The notes beneath the pieces were generated by a model. It was not told the origin of the DNA and ran no database searches. It worked only from the letters and a program-made list of their open reading frames with translations. A DNA stretch of 64,000 nucleotides from Selaginella moellendorffii (Eukaryota; Plantae; Lycopodiophyta). The DNA lies in assembly GCF_000143415.4 (NCBI RefSeq), contig NW_003314268.1, positions 3,046,559-3,110,558 on the forward strand, written 5' to 3'. Positions within the stretch are counted from its first letter, which is position 1, and the number at the start of each line of letters is the position of its first letter. Both the position numbers and the translations under genes were made by a program. Positions 35,721 to 48,125 of the stretch are shown here, one piece after another.

Positions 35721-38700
35721 TCGGGACCGAGACCGAGACCGAGGCCGAGGCCGAGGCCGAGACCGAGGCCGAGCCCGAGTCCGAGTCCGAATCCGAGTCC
35801 GAGTCCGAGTCCGAGTCCGAGTCCGAGTCCGGAGCCTGAGAGGGTGAAAGCCCAAAGCGTTCGTCTCCCAGACCCTGGGGGGTTTGGTGAGCTCCAAAAG
35901 TATAGTAGGGGGAGGACTGCAGTGGAGCCAGTTTGGCCAGGAAAGGCCAGTTTGGCCCAGGAAGGCCAGACCCAGTGTTGGGTGATGAACTGACCACTGG
36001 GAAGTCCAAGACTAGAGTGAATACGGACCGACAAGCGGGGTAGCTTGGTGAAGTGTTCAAGAGCCCGCTCTAGTTCCCCCGGGAGATCGACTGGCCGATG
36101 CTCCCAGTCCAAGTGTGGGTGGCACTACCTACTTGGATACCAGGCGTGGCTCAACGGAACCTCGCTCTAAGCCCATGGCTAGAGCACCTAAAGGCGATAG
36201 GTGGGGAGAGTACCCAGGTGGCTCGCGTAAGGCCACGGTGTTCCGAAATGTCGTCCCAAAGGCCCAGACTGTGGAAAGGAAGAGGAGCAGTCCTCTGGGG
36301 TAGTGACCAAGGACACAGTCGTGTGGTGAGGAAGTCCCAGAGGACCGTGGGACTTAGTGGTCGGGCCTGTGGGCCTCGATCCAGTGGCAGTGTTGGCAAA
36401 CACGGCCAGGGGCAGAAAGGGACTTGGTAGGAACTGACAAAGGGACTTTGGGGAAGGCGATTCCCCAGGTTTGTGGGCATCCTAAGGATGCTAAGGAGTG
36501 GATCTAGGATGACCCCTCGTAGACAGATGGCCCAGTCTTGGAGAGACGGGATGGTGATGCAAGTGGTATTGGACCATTTGCGCAGCAAAGGTGAATGGGC
36601 ATGGCCTTAGCGTAACGGGCCGAGATGTCAGTGGTACCTTTGGGTGTTGGTCATGGGATCGGACACGTGGAGCACTTGAACCAAGTGCAAAGGTTGAGTG
36701 GCATGGATGCCATTCTCGGGGCTAGCAAGCCCCAAGTCCTGAATGGGACTTATGGAGGTTGTGAATGATACTCCTCCAAGTGGTCGGAGGTGTGGTTAAG
36801 TGACTAAAGTAGAATGGAAAAATTAGTCGCTTACAGGAGGGCATGACCGACCAACCTGAGGCATAGTCTAGCTCTCGCTTGCGTGCATGTCCTTGTTCTG
36901 TGTCTGGCTTGGGTTTAAGCTCAAGTTCCATTCCATGCTAGCTGGTGGAGTACCCATATCCTCACGTTAGGCCACCGGTATGCCGAAATAGCGCCAGACT
37001 CCGTTTGGCTCCGTTTTGTGTGCTGGTCCTGGCATTGGGATGCTGGTTGCTCCAGGACTGTTCCAAGTCGCTCCGGGCTCCTGTCCCTTCGCTCCTTGGG
37101 CTATATGCTCGGGAGTTGCTCCGTGGTCCGGTTCCATCACTCCTTGGCGTCACGCTTGGGAGTTTGGCACCGTTCCTTCGTTCAGTGGCCCAAGGCCTTG
37201 AACCTTGGGTTCCTATGGACACGTGGCATGTGACACATGGCATAAAGAGGGTTTAGGTTCTGCTTCGTGGTGTTATCCTATAGTAAATCACCATAGGATA
37301 AAGGGTCAAAACCACATGCGCTACATTTGGTATCAGAGGATGAGTCTCAGCGAGTACTATTCAATGAGATTGGGCAACTAGTCTCGTTGCATACGCAGAG
37401 ATGAAAACGATGATCCGAGTGGGTACACGTTTTGGTGCAAAGACTTCGCAATTGTTCCTTGGGTATGGATTTGGTTACCTTCTTGTACCGTAATTATGTG
37501 AGCTTGCTTTTGGGCTCATAAGATGGATTTGAGTTGTTCCAGTAGCACGAGTTTGCGCTTGGGCTCGTAAGTGAGGCACATTAGCAACTCAAGGTTGCAC
37601 TTTGAGTTGGCAAGATTAATGTTAGCCTATTAGTGGTTCTATGTACCATAGGTTAAAGCAAATCTCCCTGGGTTTGCTATGAGTGGCAAATAGGCTGGTC
37701 CGTAGCTGTTTAGCGCGGCACTAGTGGATCCTTCCTAGGCATGATTATAAGTGGATCAATCAAGACTGTAGGGAATAGTCTATTGGTTCAAGTAATCATT
37801 GCCGTGCTCTCTCATAAACTTTTCTTGGATTGAACTAAAGGTAGTGCGAAAGCAAGCTTGAGGTTTGGTCAAAGATGAGACCGAAAAGAGAGGCATCGGG
37901 GACGGAGGATCAAAGACGTAAATCATGTTCTCTTCTTGGAGAGATGATTTGCAACGAGGTGTGACTCATTGCTCGTGTTCACATTATGCAATCAAGAGTC
38001 CCTACCTTGATGCATGTTGGAGATGATGGTCTTACAAACGGTGAGTTGTGGGATGGATAGTGGTGAAACACTAAACCATTTTATCTAGGCTCGCTATTGA
38101 AAGACTTGGGTTGCAATGCTCAATTCTTTTCCGGGTAACCTTGCTATTGCTCCTTGAGTAGCTTGGTGTTGGATTAGTTTTGAGTTTGGTCGGAAAGAGA
38201 GTGGCATGAGCTTGTCCATGTTGTGAACAAAAGTTAGTGGTGTTGGGTGTTGTAAATCTCTATTGATAGGGTGTGGCATTTATGTTGCATTTTGTCGAAT
38301 TGAGTTTAATAGCACTTGATATTCACATAAACCTTTACAGTAGTGACATGGGCATTTCTCATAGTGTTGCTTGATTAATGATCAAGTCATTGTGATTTAT
38401 ATCATATCCATGTGATAATAAGCAATGTGTTTATGAAGTTGCTTGGGTAAATGATGATCAACCCCAAAGTGGTTGATGGAGAAGCTAGTCTACTTGCACG
38501 AAGTAGCATTGTAGTAGCTTTGACTGGATTCTCAATGGTGGTCTATTATGCTAAGCTTAAGTTGGTACCTTGTTTCCTTGAGGGTTTGCCCATAAAGTGT
38601 TGGGAATGGGTTGTAACATTCATTTGCTATAACTCATCTGTTGATCCGTTAGCACTTGGAGTAGATTATTGGATGGAGAAGGTGTGAGGTTGACGCATTG

Positions 38701-39148
38701 ACATCGCTAGCACTTGTGTTAGTGGAAGTGGCATTGTTGATTCGAGTGATGAGGAATTTTCCTTAGAGCTTGATTTTCCATGTCATTTTTCTTGTTAGTG
38801 TTTTGGCTTCACATTGGATCTTGAAGGTGGTTGAAGAAGAGTGTTAGTGCAATGTGGATATCCGACGATGTGGTCTTCGTGATCAAGCTTTAGATGTTCA
38901 TTTTGCACTTTGCGGGTGTCGATGTTGGATATCAATTAGATGGGCAAAGATGTTCGATGCTTAAGCATGTTGTTCGATCATGAGAATTTGTGTTGAGGTA
39001 AGCCTATGTGAAGTTGTTGGTAGGAGGAAGTTGGTTGAGTCTTGAAAGTTTGCAATCCTGGACTGAGAGTCATTCTTTCTCTAGGATGTGAATGTTCCAC
39101 AAATTTTCTTAGACTTTTCCAATGGCTGATCTATTGATCATTTTGTCC

Positions 39149-39697
39149 NNNNNNNNNNNNNNNNNNNNNNNNNNNNNNNNNNNNNNNNNNNNNNNNNNNN
39201 NNNNNNNNNNNNNNNNNNNNNNNNNNNNNNNNNNNNNNNNNNNNNNNNNNNNNNNNNNNNNNNNNNNNNNNNNNNNNNNNNNNNNNNNNNNNNNNNNNNN
39301 NNNNNNNNNNNNNNNNNNNNNNNNNNNNNNNNNNNNNNNNNNNNNNNNNNNNNNNNNNNNNNNNNNNNNNNNNNNNNNNNNNNNNNNNNNNNNNNNNNNN
39401 NNNNNNNNNNNNNNNNNNNNNNNNNNNNNNNNNNNNNNNNNNNNNNNNNNNNNNNNNNNNNNNNNNNNNNNNNNNNNNNNNNNNNNNNNNNNNNNNNNNN
39501 NNNNNNNNNNNNNNNNNNNNNNNNNNNNNNNNNNNNNNNNNNNNNNNNNNNNNNNNNNNNNNNNNNNNNNNNNNNNNNNNNNNNNNNNNNNNNNNNNNNN
39601 NNNNNNNNNNNNNNNNNNNNNNNNNNNNNNNNNNNNNNNNNNNNNNNNNNNNNNNNNNNNNNNNNNNNNNNNNNNNNNNNNNNNNNNNNNNNNNNNN
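39149..39697. other. Assembly gap (549 N)
   Basis: Run of N. Confidence 1.
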
Positions 39698-42600
39698 TTT
39701 GATTTGTGCTTGTTTATGAACTTTTATCTCGTACCTGGGGTATTATGTTCATGTTGGACAAGTATGTAACTCGATGACAAGCATTGGTGTTTGGGTCTTG
39801 TGTAAGCAAGTTGAGGAGTGATTGTTAGTTGCTTTGCGACTAGTGATTACTTGTAGACTTCATCAAGGACTGTTGACACTTTCTTTGCTCGATGATAATT
39901 TAGCAGTGATGGGCTTGCTTTACCAGGTGGTGTTGCGGAGGATCGTGTCGTTAGACATACATGAGTTTTCCATGTTGACATGTCAACTCTACCTCTGTCG
40001 ATATCATTTGGTTACATTTAGTCTGTGGTGTTGGATTTTATTTAGTCTTGGATGTGGTGATTCACTCCTTGAGGAAGTGTTATCTGTACCTGAGTATTGC
40101 TGAAGAAATTGGTCTTGGATACTGAGTAAAGTATCTCCGACTTTGGTTAGCTTGGTTGCTAGAGAGTTTTGAGTGGTGATCACTCTTGCTTTCTGCTAGC
40201 TTTGTTCTGTTGTTGATGGCATTGAAGTGATGCCTTGTCGTTGACATTATTGAGGTTGAGATTCAAAGTGAAATGAGATGTCTCTCCTTAGGATTGATAT
40301 TGAGTTTCATTAATCTTAATGAAGATAGTGTTGATGATTTGGTTATGGCTTTATGTTATTAGCATTCGTACATTTGCTAGTTAGCAACTATGTTGACGTT
40401 CAAATGAACTGAGTGGCAAGTTTGAGTTAGTTGTGTTCTAAACGAGATTATTTAGTAGGGGTTGAACTTTGAGCTTTTCCTTGAAAAGTGATTTAGTCAT
40501 GGACTATGCTAACTCTACAAGTGGGAGAGTTAGTGATCGATGTTGGAATATTTTGAATCCTTATGGGATTTTAGTTGAAATATATCAATCATTGATGATT
40601 CTTCTTGTGCTTGCTATAAAGTGAGTTACGTTTTCTATAGATGGATTCATGGAGGATCGTTTGGTGATCACTTGTTGAGCATAACTTTGCTATGCTTAGC
40701 TTTTGGATTGATGCAGAAATGCTCTTCATTAGCTTTGCATTATAAAGTTTGGCTTATGGATATGTTGAGGAGGATATTGTGGGTTGCACCATGATTTCTT
40801 CTTTAACATTGAAGTTGGTTCATGCAAGACTTGTGATCATTGTTAGACAAGATATGGCTATAGGCTTCTTCGAGCTTTTGGTTCTTTGAGTTTTGTGCTC
40901 ATTATTCCATTTGTTAGAAGTTGTTGGGGGAAGGCATTTTTGGCTTTTTAGCTTTGATGTACAAGTTAGTATTTGCATTTAGCAATCATTGGTGATGGTT
41001 GACTATCATCTAGGATAATTGATTATCCTTGTATGAGGTTTTTCTTGATTATCGTTGATCTAGATTGATTTGCTATTCTTCGGGATGGTGGATTCCTTCT
41101 AAGACGATAATTCTGCATATCTCTTATTGATGGGATGATTAATGATCTTTCATGATGGTTAGTTGTTCTCTTTGATAGCTTATGGCTTTTTGCAATACCA
41201 CAAGTTGTTTGTGGTTTGCTCTGGATTGGTCTCTTGGGTTTGAGACATTAGTAGGATGTTGCTGACACTTGCTTAGGCAACTTGAGTTCTTCCTTAGTGT
41301 TGTTGGCTGGGATCTATTCGGATTGGCTAGTGCAATGGTTAATATGAACAAGCGTTTGTTTGCTTTCCAACATTCATTTTGTTCTGTTGATTATTGCTCG
41401 AGTTAGTTCTCATAGATTAGGATGTTATTTCCTTCGGGTGATACATTCGCGAGCATTGTACTTGTTAGTCAATGATACTTTGTGTTCTTTGAGTTGTGTT
41501 TTGTGAGTTGTTTGGCATGCTATCTACCATCTTCGGTAGTTAAGTTTCATCATTGAGTTTCTTTGGTGCTATACTTGCTATTGAATTTTGTTGGATGGTG
41601 AATCCTATGTTTTCCAACATTAGTGATCTTGGTGGTTCCTATAATCAACTATTGGTTTATCGGATGATAACTTACTTGGAATACTTTTGTGTTCTAATCT
41701 AAGATATATTCATTGATAATTAATCTCTAAGATATCATTGTTTATGACTTTGATATAGTCCCTATATATTGATCTTTGAGTTTGGGCCAGTATAGGCAGA
41801 CTGGCTTCAACACTTCGTGTGCATGTTGAAATCTCTAGTCATGGGGTAGCTACTGTCGACTGGTCACTTAACCCGCCTCTCTGTCGATGTTCCTTATTCC
41901 GTTGAAAGGGCGTGACCGTGTAAACAACTCTAACTGCCTGTTTACAGTAATCTATCTAAACCTTACCGACGGGTTTGGTTTCTTTGCTCAGGAGGGTTGG
42001 GGCCTTTGGCTTCTCTCTCTATGTCTCTGCGGGCAGGGCATATCACACTTTTGTAGCTGGGTGACTCCCAGAGCAGCAAGGGTGGCTGACTCCGTTGGTC
42101 ATTTCCTTGTCGGTGACGGCCGGAAGGTGTCTGAGCTGGTAGCGCATCCGCGTTAGACAAAGAGGTTGCTCCCTAACTCATTTAAGTTGGTGCATTTCTC
42201 ACATAGTGTGAGTACCGTGAACTTTTTTGAGAGTTGTTTCCTTGGCGGTATTCTAGACTGGAGTATGCATCGACGAGGACGTCGATCTTCCCAAGGGGGG
42301 GAGAGTGTCGCGAATGTGACTTCAGGTATAGAAAGTTACCTGTCGGCCAGTCCTTACGGACACTCTTACCTTACTGCCACGATGGCAGGAGGTCGGTATT
42401 GCTGGACCCTTTATTAGTCCCTCTTGTTCAAGTGTTAGTAAACTGGACTTTGCATCTGTACTTGGCCGGATGAGCATAAGGAAGGAATTCCTAAGTGTCT
42501 ATTTAGCTGAGCATACTCGGCCCGGCTTGTTAGTTCTCTTTTGCTCTGTCTTGCACTGGCTTGACAAGAACCCTCGCGTATTGAGATTGGTCCCTCAATA

Positions 42601-43318
42601 TCGCTACATGATAGCTTACCGTGTCTGCCAAACACCCTCGCTATCATGCCCTTAGCGTTAGTCTCAATTCGGTCCCAAATGCTATTTATGGAAAGTGTCC
42701 AGATTTGCTCATTTGGCATATCTACGGAATGTAGAGATCATCCTGAACACAATGGTGTTCGTCCCATGTCCAAATTCGCAATCTAGAGACATTCCATATT
42801 TAGTAAGTTTCGAGTTTGTCCCAGAGACTAACTCCTGATACTAAGGGAGGCTTGGGGTGAAAGCCCAAAGCGTGTGTTCCTCAAGGGGGGGGGGGGCTAT
42901 GGGGGGTTCCAAATGTATAGTAGGGATAATGGGTAGGTTGGGCATGGCCAACCAACCTGAGGCATAGTCTAGCTCCTGCTTGCGTGCCTGTCCTTGTTCT
43001 GCGTCCGGCTTGGGTCTAAGCCCAATTTCCATTCCATGCTAGCTGGTGGAGTACCCGTATCCTCACGTTAAGCCACCGGTATGCCGAAATAGCGCCAGAC
43101 TCCGTTTGGCTCCGTTTTGCGTGTTGGTCCTGGCATTGGGATGCTGGTTGCTCCAGGACTGTTCCAAGTCACTCCGGGCTCCTGTCCCTTCGCTCCTTGG
43201 GCTATATGCTCGGGAGTTGCTCTGTGGTCCGGTTCCATCACTCCTTGGCGTCATGCTTGGGAGTTTGGCACTGTTCCTTCGTTCAGTGGCCCAAGGCCCT
43301 GAACCTCGGGTTCCTATG

Positions 43319-43370
43319 GACACGTGGCACGGACACGTGGTATGTGACACGTGGCATCTGTCACGTGGCA
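43319..43370. promoter_or_regulatory. Cluster of four G-box/ABRE-like motifs (CACGTGG) in the family-B 3' LTR
   Basis: gacacgtggc-acg-gacacgtgg-tatgt-gacacgtggc-atctgt-cacgtggc. Confidence 0.5.
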
Positions 43371-43453
43371 CAAAGAGGGTTTAGGTTCCGCTTCGTGGTG
43401 TTATCCTATGGTAAATCACCATAGGATAAAGGGTCAAAACCACGTGCGCTACA

Positions 43454-45865
43454 TACATTAAGACGATTTTAACTTTGCACGAAGTAAGATCCTAGCTGCA
43501 GGGATGACTTTTCTTTAGCTGTTTCTATAAGAGTTAGAGCTTCTCTTCAAAGGTGTAGAAGTCATATATAGTTTTCCAGGAGGTTTTGAGTTTTGCCAAT
43601 TATGCTAAATCAAAGAGTTATTTATGTGATTTTTGAATTCAATGATTTTGCATAATGCAAGATTCTCAAGATGTCAAATAGTGATAAAATTAGATATAGG
43701 AGTTGCTATTAGGAGACAACTAATGTTAGTATTTTATTTAAATTCATAAAGCTACATAAAAGGATTGAAAGAATGGTGTTTGAAAATTAAAACTATAGAG
43801 CTTGATGGTTTACGAGTCCATCTAAGAGAAGTACAATAAAATAAAGGGATTCAAGGAAAGTCATTACTATTGAAACTAAAAACACATATTTATAACTAGA
43901 TATTTTTCTTACTATTTTTGTAACTTGTTTTTGCAGGTATATATTTTTCAGGCTATATTTTAGAAGCATGCATCATGGAACCAATACATACTCTTGCAAT
44001 TAACAACTACAAGAAAATCAATAAAGAGATTTTAAAGTCATGATTAAAATTAAAATAAAGGTAAGGATGATGACTATTCACTCACCATTTTAACAAGATG
44101 ATATAATGTTAACCACCATAAAATCTTTTTCTTGGCTCATGCAAATGAATAAGGTTTTCTTTCAATGGTATACTTTATATGTGATAGCTATATTGGTTGG
44201 AGATGCCTTGATAGAATAGTTGAGGCTCATTAGATATTATGACCGTCTTCTATAAACCAGAGATTGACATTTGAGACCATATGGACAATTAAATCTATTG
44301 AATGGCAATTCATATATGTCTTATTTGGGACAAAATCTCACTGAAAACATATTTATTTATGAAGAGCATATAGTGCTAAAAGTGAGTTCCAGGTTTTGTA
44401 TGAAATCCCCACTAATTAAAAATAACATGGTTGAAACATCATAAGAGGTGTGAACTAATTTTTGGTATGATTTTTACTTAACTTTTTTTTTTTTACAGAT
44501 CATTCTTCAAAAGTATGAATTTGCTAAAGATCAAAGAAACTAATAGGCTACTACCACTAGAAAGACTGAAGAAGATCTTAGGATCTTACTTTGTTACACT
44601 ATAAATAATATAAAAATTGTGCCCTTACAATTTATAGCCTTGTTGTGGAAAAAAAAGGGATCCTTAGCTTATGTTTACAAAAAACTAAAATCATTGTTAG
44701 CCATGTAATACCAATGAGTACAAAATGTAGAGTTATTTTTGGTTTGGAGGGGAACTCATAGAAAACAAAAATGGCCCCATCTTCGATGCCAACACAAATA
44801 CAATTTGAATAATTTAAATATGTTAAAATTTATAGTTTTTATTATGGTTTTGATTTGCTTAGAGTAGTGTAGAATATACTTGGATATTCTAGGATATTCT
44901 ACTATCTAATGATTGTTATTCACTTAGATTAATCTCGTATTGTAATTTTAATAGATATAATTATAATTTATAAGCTTTCCTAAATACTTCCTTGTATATT
45001 CTAGTTTATTTAATGGTTGATATGTAATAAGATTAGTCTTTATTAACTTCCAGTTAATCAATTATATTATTAAATAATAAGCAATACTATTAAGAAAACC
45101 AAATGCTGCTGCATGCAGTATGCAGAAAATTATTATAATTTTACTTATCAGAAAATTTTTATTATTGAGACTTATTTAATAGCAAAGTAGTATAAGAATT
45201 CTAATTACAATATTTAAGGCACTTTTTTCTTCTTTTTTTCTTAAATATCACATTTTTAGAGGTAGGCTAGAGGTAGATAAATACACTAGATGGCATATTT
45301 TAACTCTTGATTTTATGTGTTCCGATCATATATGGAGTTTGCTAAGGGAAGTTTATTCTCCCTCACTATAACACTTTTTGGTGGTGTTTTTATATAGTTT
45401 TAGATATGGTTTCACATCAATTTTCCGAAGTATTTTCCAATAACAGCAATATAAATTTTAATTGAGGACATAATAGAACTTTAAGGAAGGCTTGCCCATA
45501 TTGTGGAGGTTACGTTAATGCAAACTATATAGATCAAATTGTTGGAGAGCATCAATAATGTTCCAAAAAATTCATATTTGAAAGATCCATCTTGGAATTC
45601 TTAGTGAATAATATTGAGTTTTTTGTTTACTTACATAGGCAAGTAAACACTTTCAAGGATGGATGAGTTAAAGACATTGCTGTTTGATATTGGATAATAT
45701 AGGCTTATAATAAACTGGGTAGATTAGATGGTCGGCTGTGACATGAATAATTTGATCAAACTATAATCTATATGAATAATTATATAGCATATAAACTCTA
45801 GAAAACTATTTTGATAACAATGTTTCAGTGAAAAGTAATTTATTTGAAAAACTATACACTATCTA
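43454..45865 (+). mobile_element. Decayed CACTA/EnSpm-like transposase region (continues 26644-26954)
   Basis: Homologous to 13617-15920. Confidence 0.55.
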
Positions 45866-45979
45866 GGCTATAAGAAAATTATGTAAAAAATCCATATGAA
45901 AATGAAAATTTATACATAATACTAAAATTATATTAAAAAAACAATACCAAAAGGATAACCGCACACCAAATTTGCAGGT

Positions 45980-46197
45980 GTGTTTGATCGCTTCGTGGAG
46001 TCTGGACAGTGGCTCCAGTGACTTGGCTTGTGACATGCTCATGGTCAAGCTCTATTGCAGTGCAGGCCTGTGGAAGGGTCAATCCCTCGCTTTGCAGCCA
46101 AGTTTGGCATTTCCTGGATTGTCAATGGACAAGCAAACAGGTGGCATTGTAGTGGCTACACTCGGCAGTGCAGCGTGGGAGTAGAGAGAAGATCGAG
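45980..46197 (+). pseudogene. PPR E-motif-like fragment, copy 3
   Basis: Homologue of 2215-2441, frameshifted. Confidence 0.45.
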
Positions 46198-46323
46198 GTA
46201 TAGTTTCAAGAGGTCGCGAAAAGATCTTTACATATACTTCCAGCACAGCTATCAAAAATTGGAAAACCTGAAAACACCGACATTTCTCAAGTGTTTATCG
46301 TTGGCTGAGCGCCTAAGTGATCT

Positions 46324-47431
46324 CTAGGAGGCACTTGCGTGCGTTCCACGCATTGAGCGCATCCTGGGGACTCCAGTTGGTGACTTGACGACCAACAAGA
46401 GTCTTGAGCATGCCATCGTAGAACCTCTTTTGCCCCCTGGCAAGCTCCGCTTCACTGCCAAGGGTAGGCATCTTGTTATACCCTTGTACCGTCCTGCAAG
46501 TCTGTCAATACCAAAGCGTTTGGAAACGCAGCTCTTACCTGGTGAAGAAGCGGCCACCGGGTGAAGACCATTGGGGATTCTCATCTTGATCTTAGCGAAG
46601 TCCTTCTTCCAAGTTGTTCGAAGTTGTTCTGTAATTCGGTGCGGGTGAAGCTTGGAGTGAATTTCTTCGGATTCAGCTAGACGGGCAGCCGTTTTTGCAG
46701 TCATTTACCTTGCAAGCTGGCCTGATCAACCTGATGGTTCTCCACCCAAACGAAACCATCTATTTCCAGGATTCCGTAATACCAGTCATCTTTGTCACCG
46801 GCCTAGAAGACGATATGTCAGCGCTCATGATCCAAGTGACTAACTATTCTTACCATGATGGTAACTGGCGGTCTGTAGCTCTTCGGATGCGCTGCTGTCT
46901 CCAGGAGTTCCTGTATGGCGAACATAGCGGGCTGGTAAAGATTCTCGACTCCCGCGTTGCTTTTGAAATCCAACGTCACCTTGAGCCGCAGGCCACGAAG
47001 CGTGTAGCGTTTAGTGTACACGTACATCTTCCAATCCGAATGGTGCCTCGGAGAAGAATTGCTCGCAGACTGAGGTTTTATCAGCAGGTCATCTGTTGAA
47101 GAGTCCCAAGACTCTCAGAGTTGGGAAGGTTTTCCGCGTCAACCTGGGTCGCCTGTCTTCCTTGTCAGCCTCATACTGGAGCACAAAGTCCGCTTTTTTG
47201 TCAGATGGCGATGACGGGGGCTCCTTTTCAAGTTCGCGGGGCCTTGTAAAGCGGCCAAGGTTCCGTAGCATCCTGTCCAGTATCGGTGCGACCTGCATCT
47301 CTTCTTTGCAATCACCTTGGAACGCAGTCGAGTAGGCCACATCGTTGGCGATGAGCTTCTATGCAAGCATCAGATGCCCTCATACGATAGGTTTGCTGCC
47401 GTGGAGATGTCAGGCTCTTCATTGCGTCAAC
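46324..47431 (-). pseudogene. Unknown spliced gene remnant, copy 3
   Basis: Homologue of 16351-17436; terminal 73 bp inverted. Confidence 0.55.
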
Positions 47432-48125
47432 AAGAGAAGAAATGATTTTAACTTTTTTACCGTGATCTTTCATGAGTTTTGTTTCCTAATGGAGGGGAAT
47501 ATAAACGTGTTCGACAAGATGAAATTCCGGGGCTCTTTTGGACTGTGCTCAGTATATGTGGAGAGCAGAAGAGACAGGTAGTGCTAGAGGTCCTACCTGA
47601 ATTGGAGAACCATATTGAAGTGGCCGATGCTCCAATGCTTGCTACTTGCTTGAGTAGCAGCTGGAGAATATGCTTCCGGACTTTCCAAGCTGGAAGTTCT
47701 GGAGAGAAGCATGGCTACACTCATTTAAGTTTTTATAAAGTGTCCAAATTATTAATTTTTTCCTTGGGGGGAGTGTATCACATAATTGTTTACCTGAAAT
47801 CACATTCAAATACTTATCAATCAGTTCTTTCAAACATTCTCTTCTGCTAATGTCAAGATACAGTAATACTCTGTTGATATTGAAATCCAAGTAATTCACA
47901 AACCTATATCTTGAAATCGAAGTGTTCGGTTTTGAGATATAGATAAGCTCTATAACACATTTGTATAAGTCAGCTCAATTAGAATGCCTTTGAGCTGCTA
48001 TCTTAGAGCTGAGAGAAGTTCCACTTTATTTTCAGTCTTGTCTTGGCAAATTTCACCATGGAGAAATCTCAAGCAGCCAATATGAAACCTTGCAAGAACC
48101 CTAATTTCTGGTGGTTATTTGGGCA

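Larger units (their letters stand above)
27574..36835 (+). mobile_element. Young family-A solo LTR (27574-27874 plus 35468-36835) inserted in the family-B 5' LTR
   Basis: TGTGAGAC...GCTTACA termini; flanks AGAGG/GGAGG; family-B LTR sequence resumes afterwards. Confidence 0.88.
26955..43453 (+). mobile_element. Family-B LTR retrotransposon, non-autonomous/decayed. 5' LTR 26955-37325 (split by nested elements), 3' LTR 42306-43453
   Basis: TGTCGC...GCGCTACA termini; PBS TGGTATCAGAG (tRNA-iMet type) at 37328-37338; purine tract AAG(G)nAGAG at ~42294-42305; ~5 kb T-rich interior without long ORFs, with only faint gypsy-pol-like traces. Confidence 0.9.
14399..44242 (+). repeat. Tandem segmental duplication unit, copy 2 (~13.3 kb plus a 16.5 kb nested LTR insertion)
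   Basis: Same gene order as copy 1; interrupted at 26954/43454 by the family-B LTR element. Confidence 0.92.
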
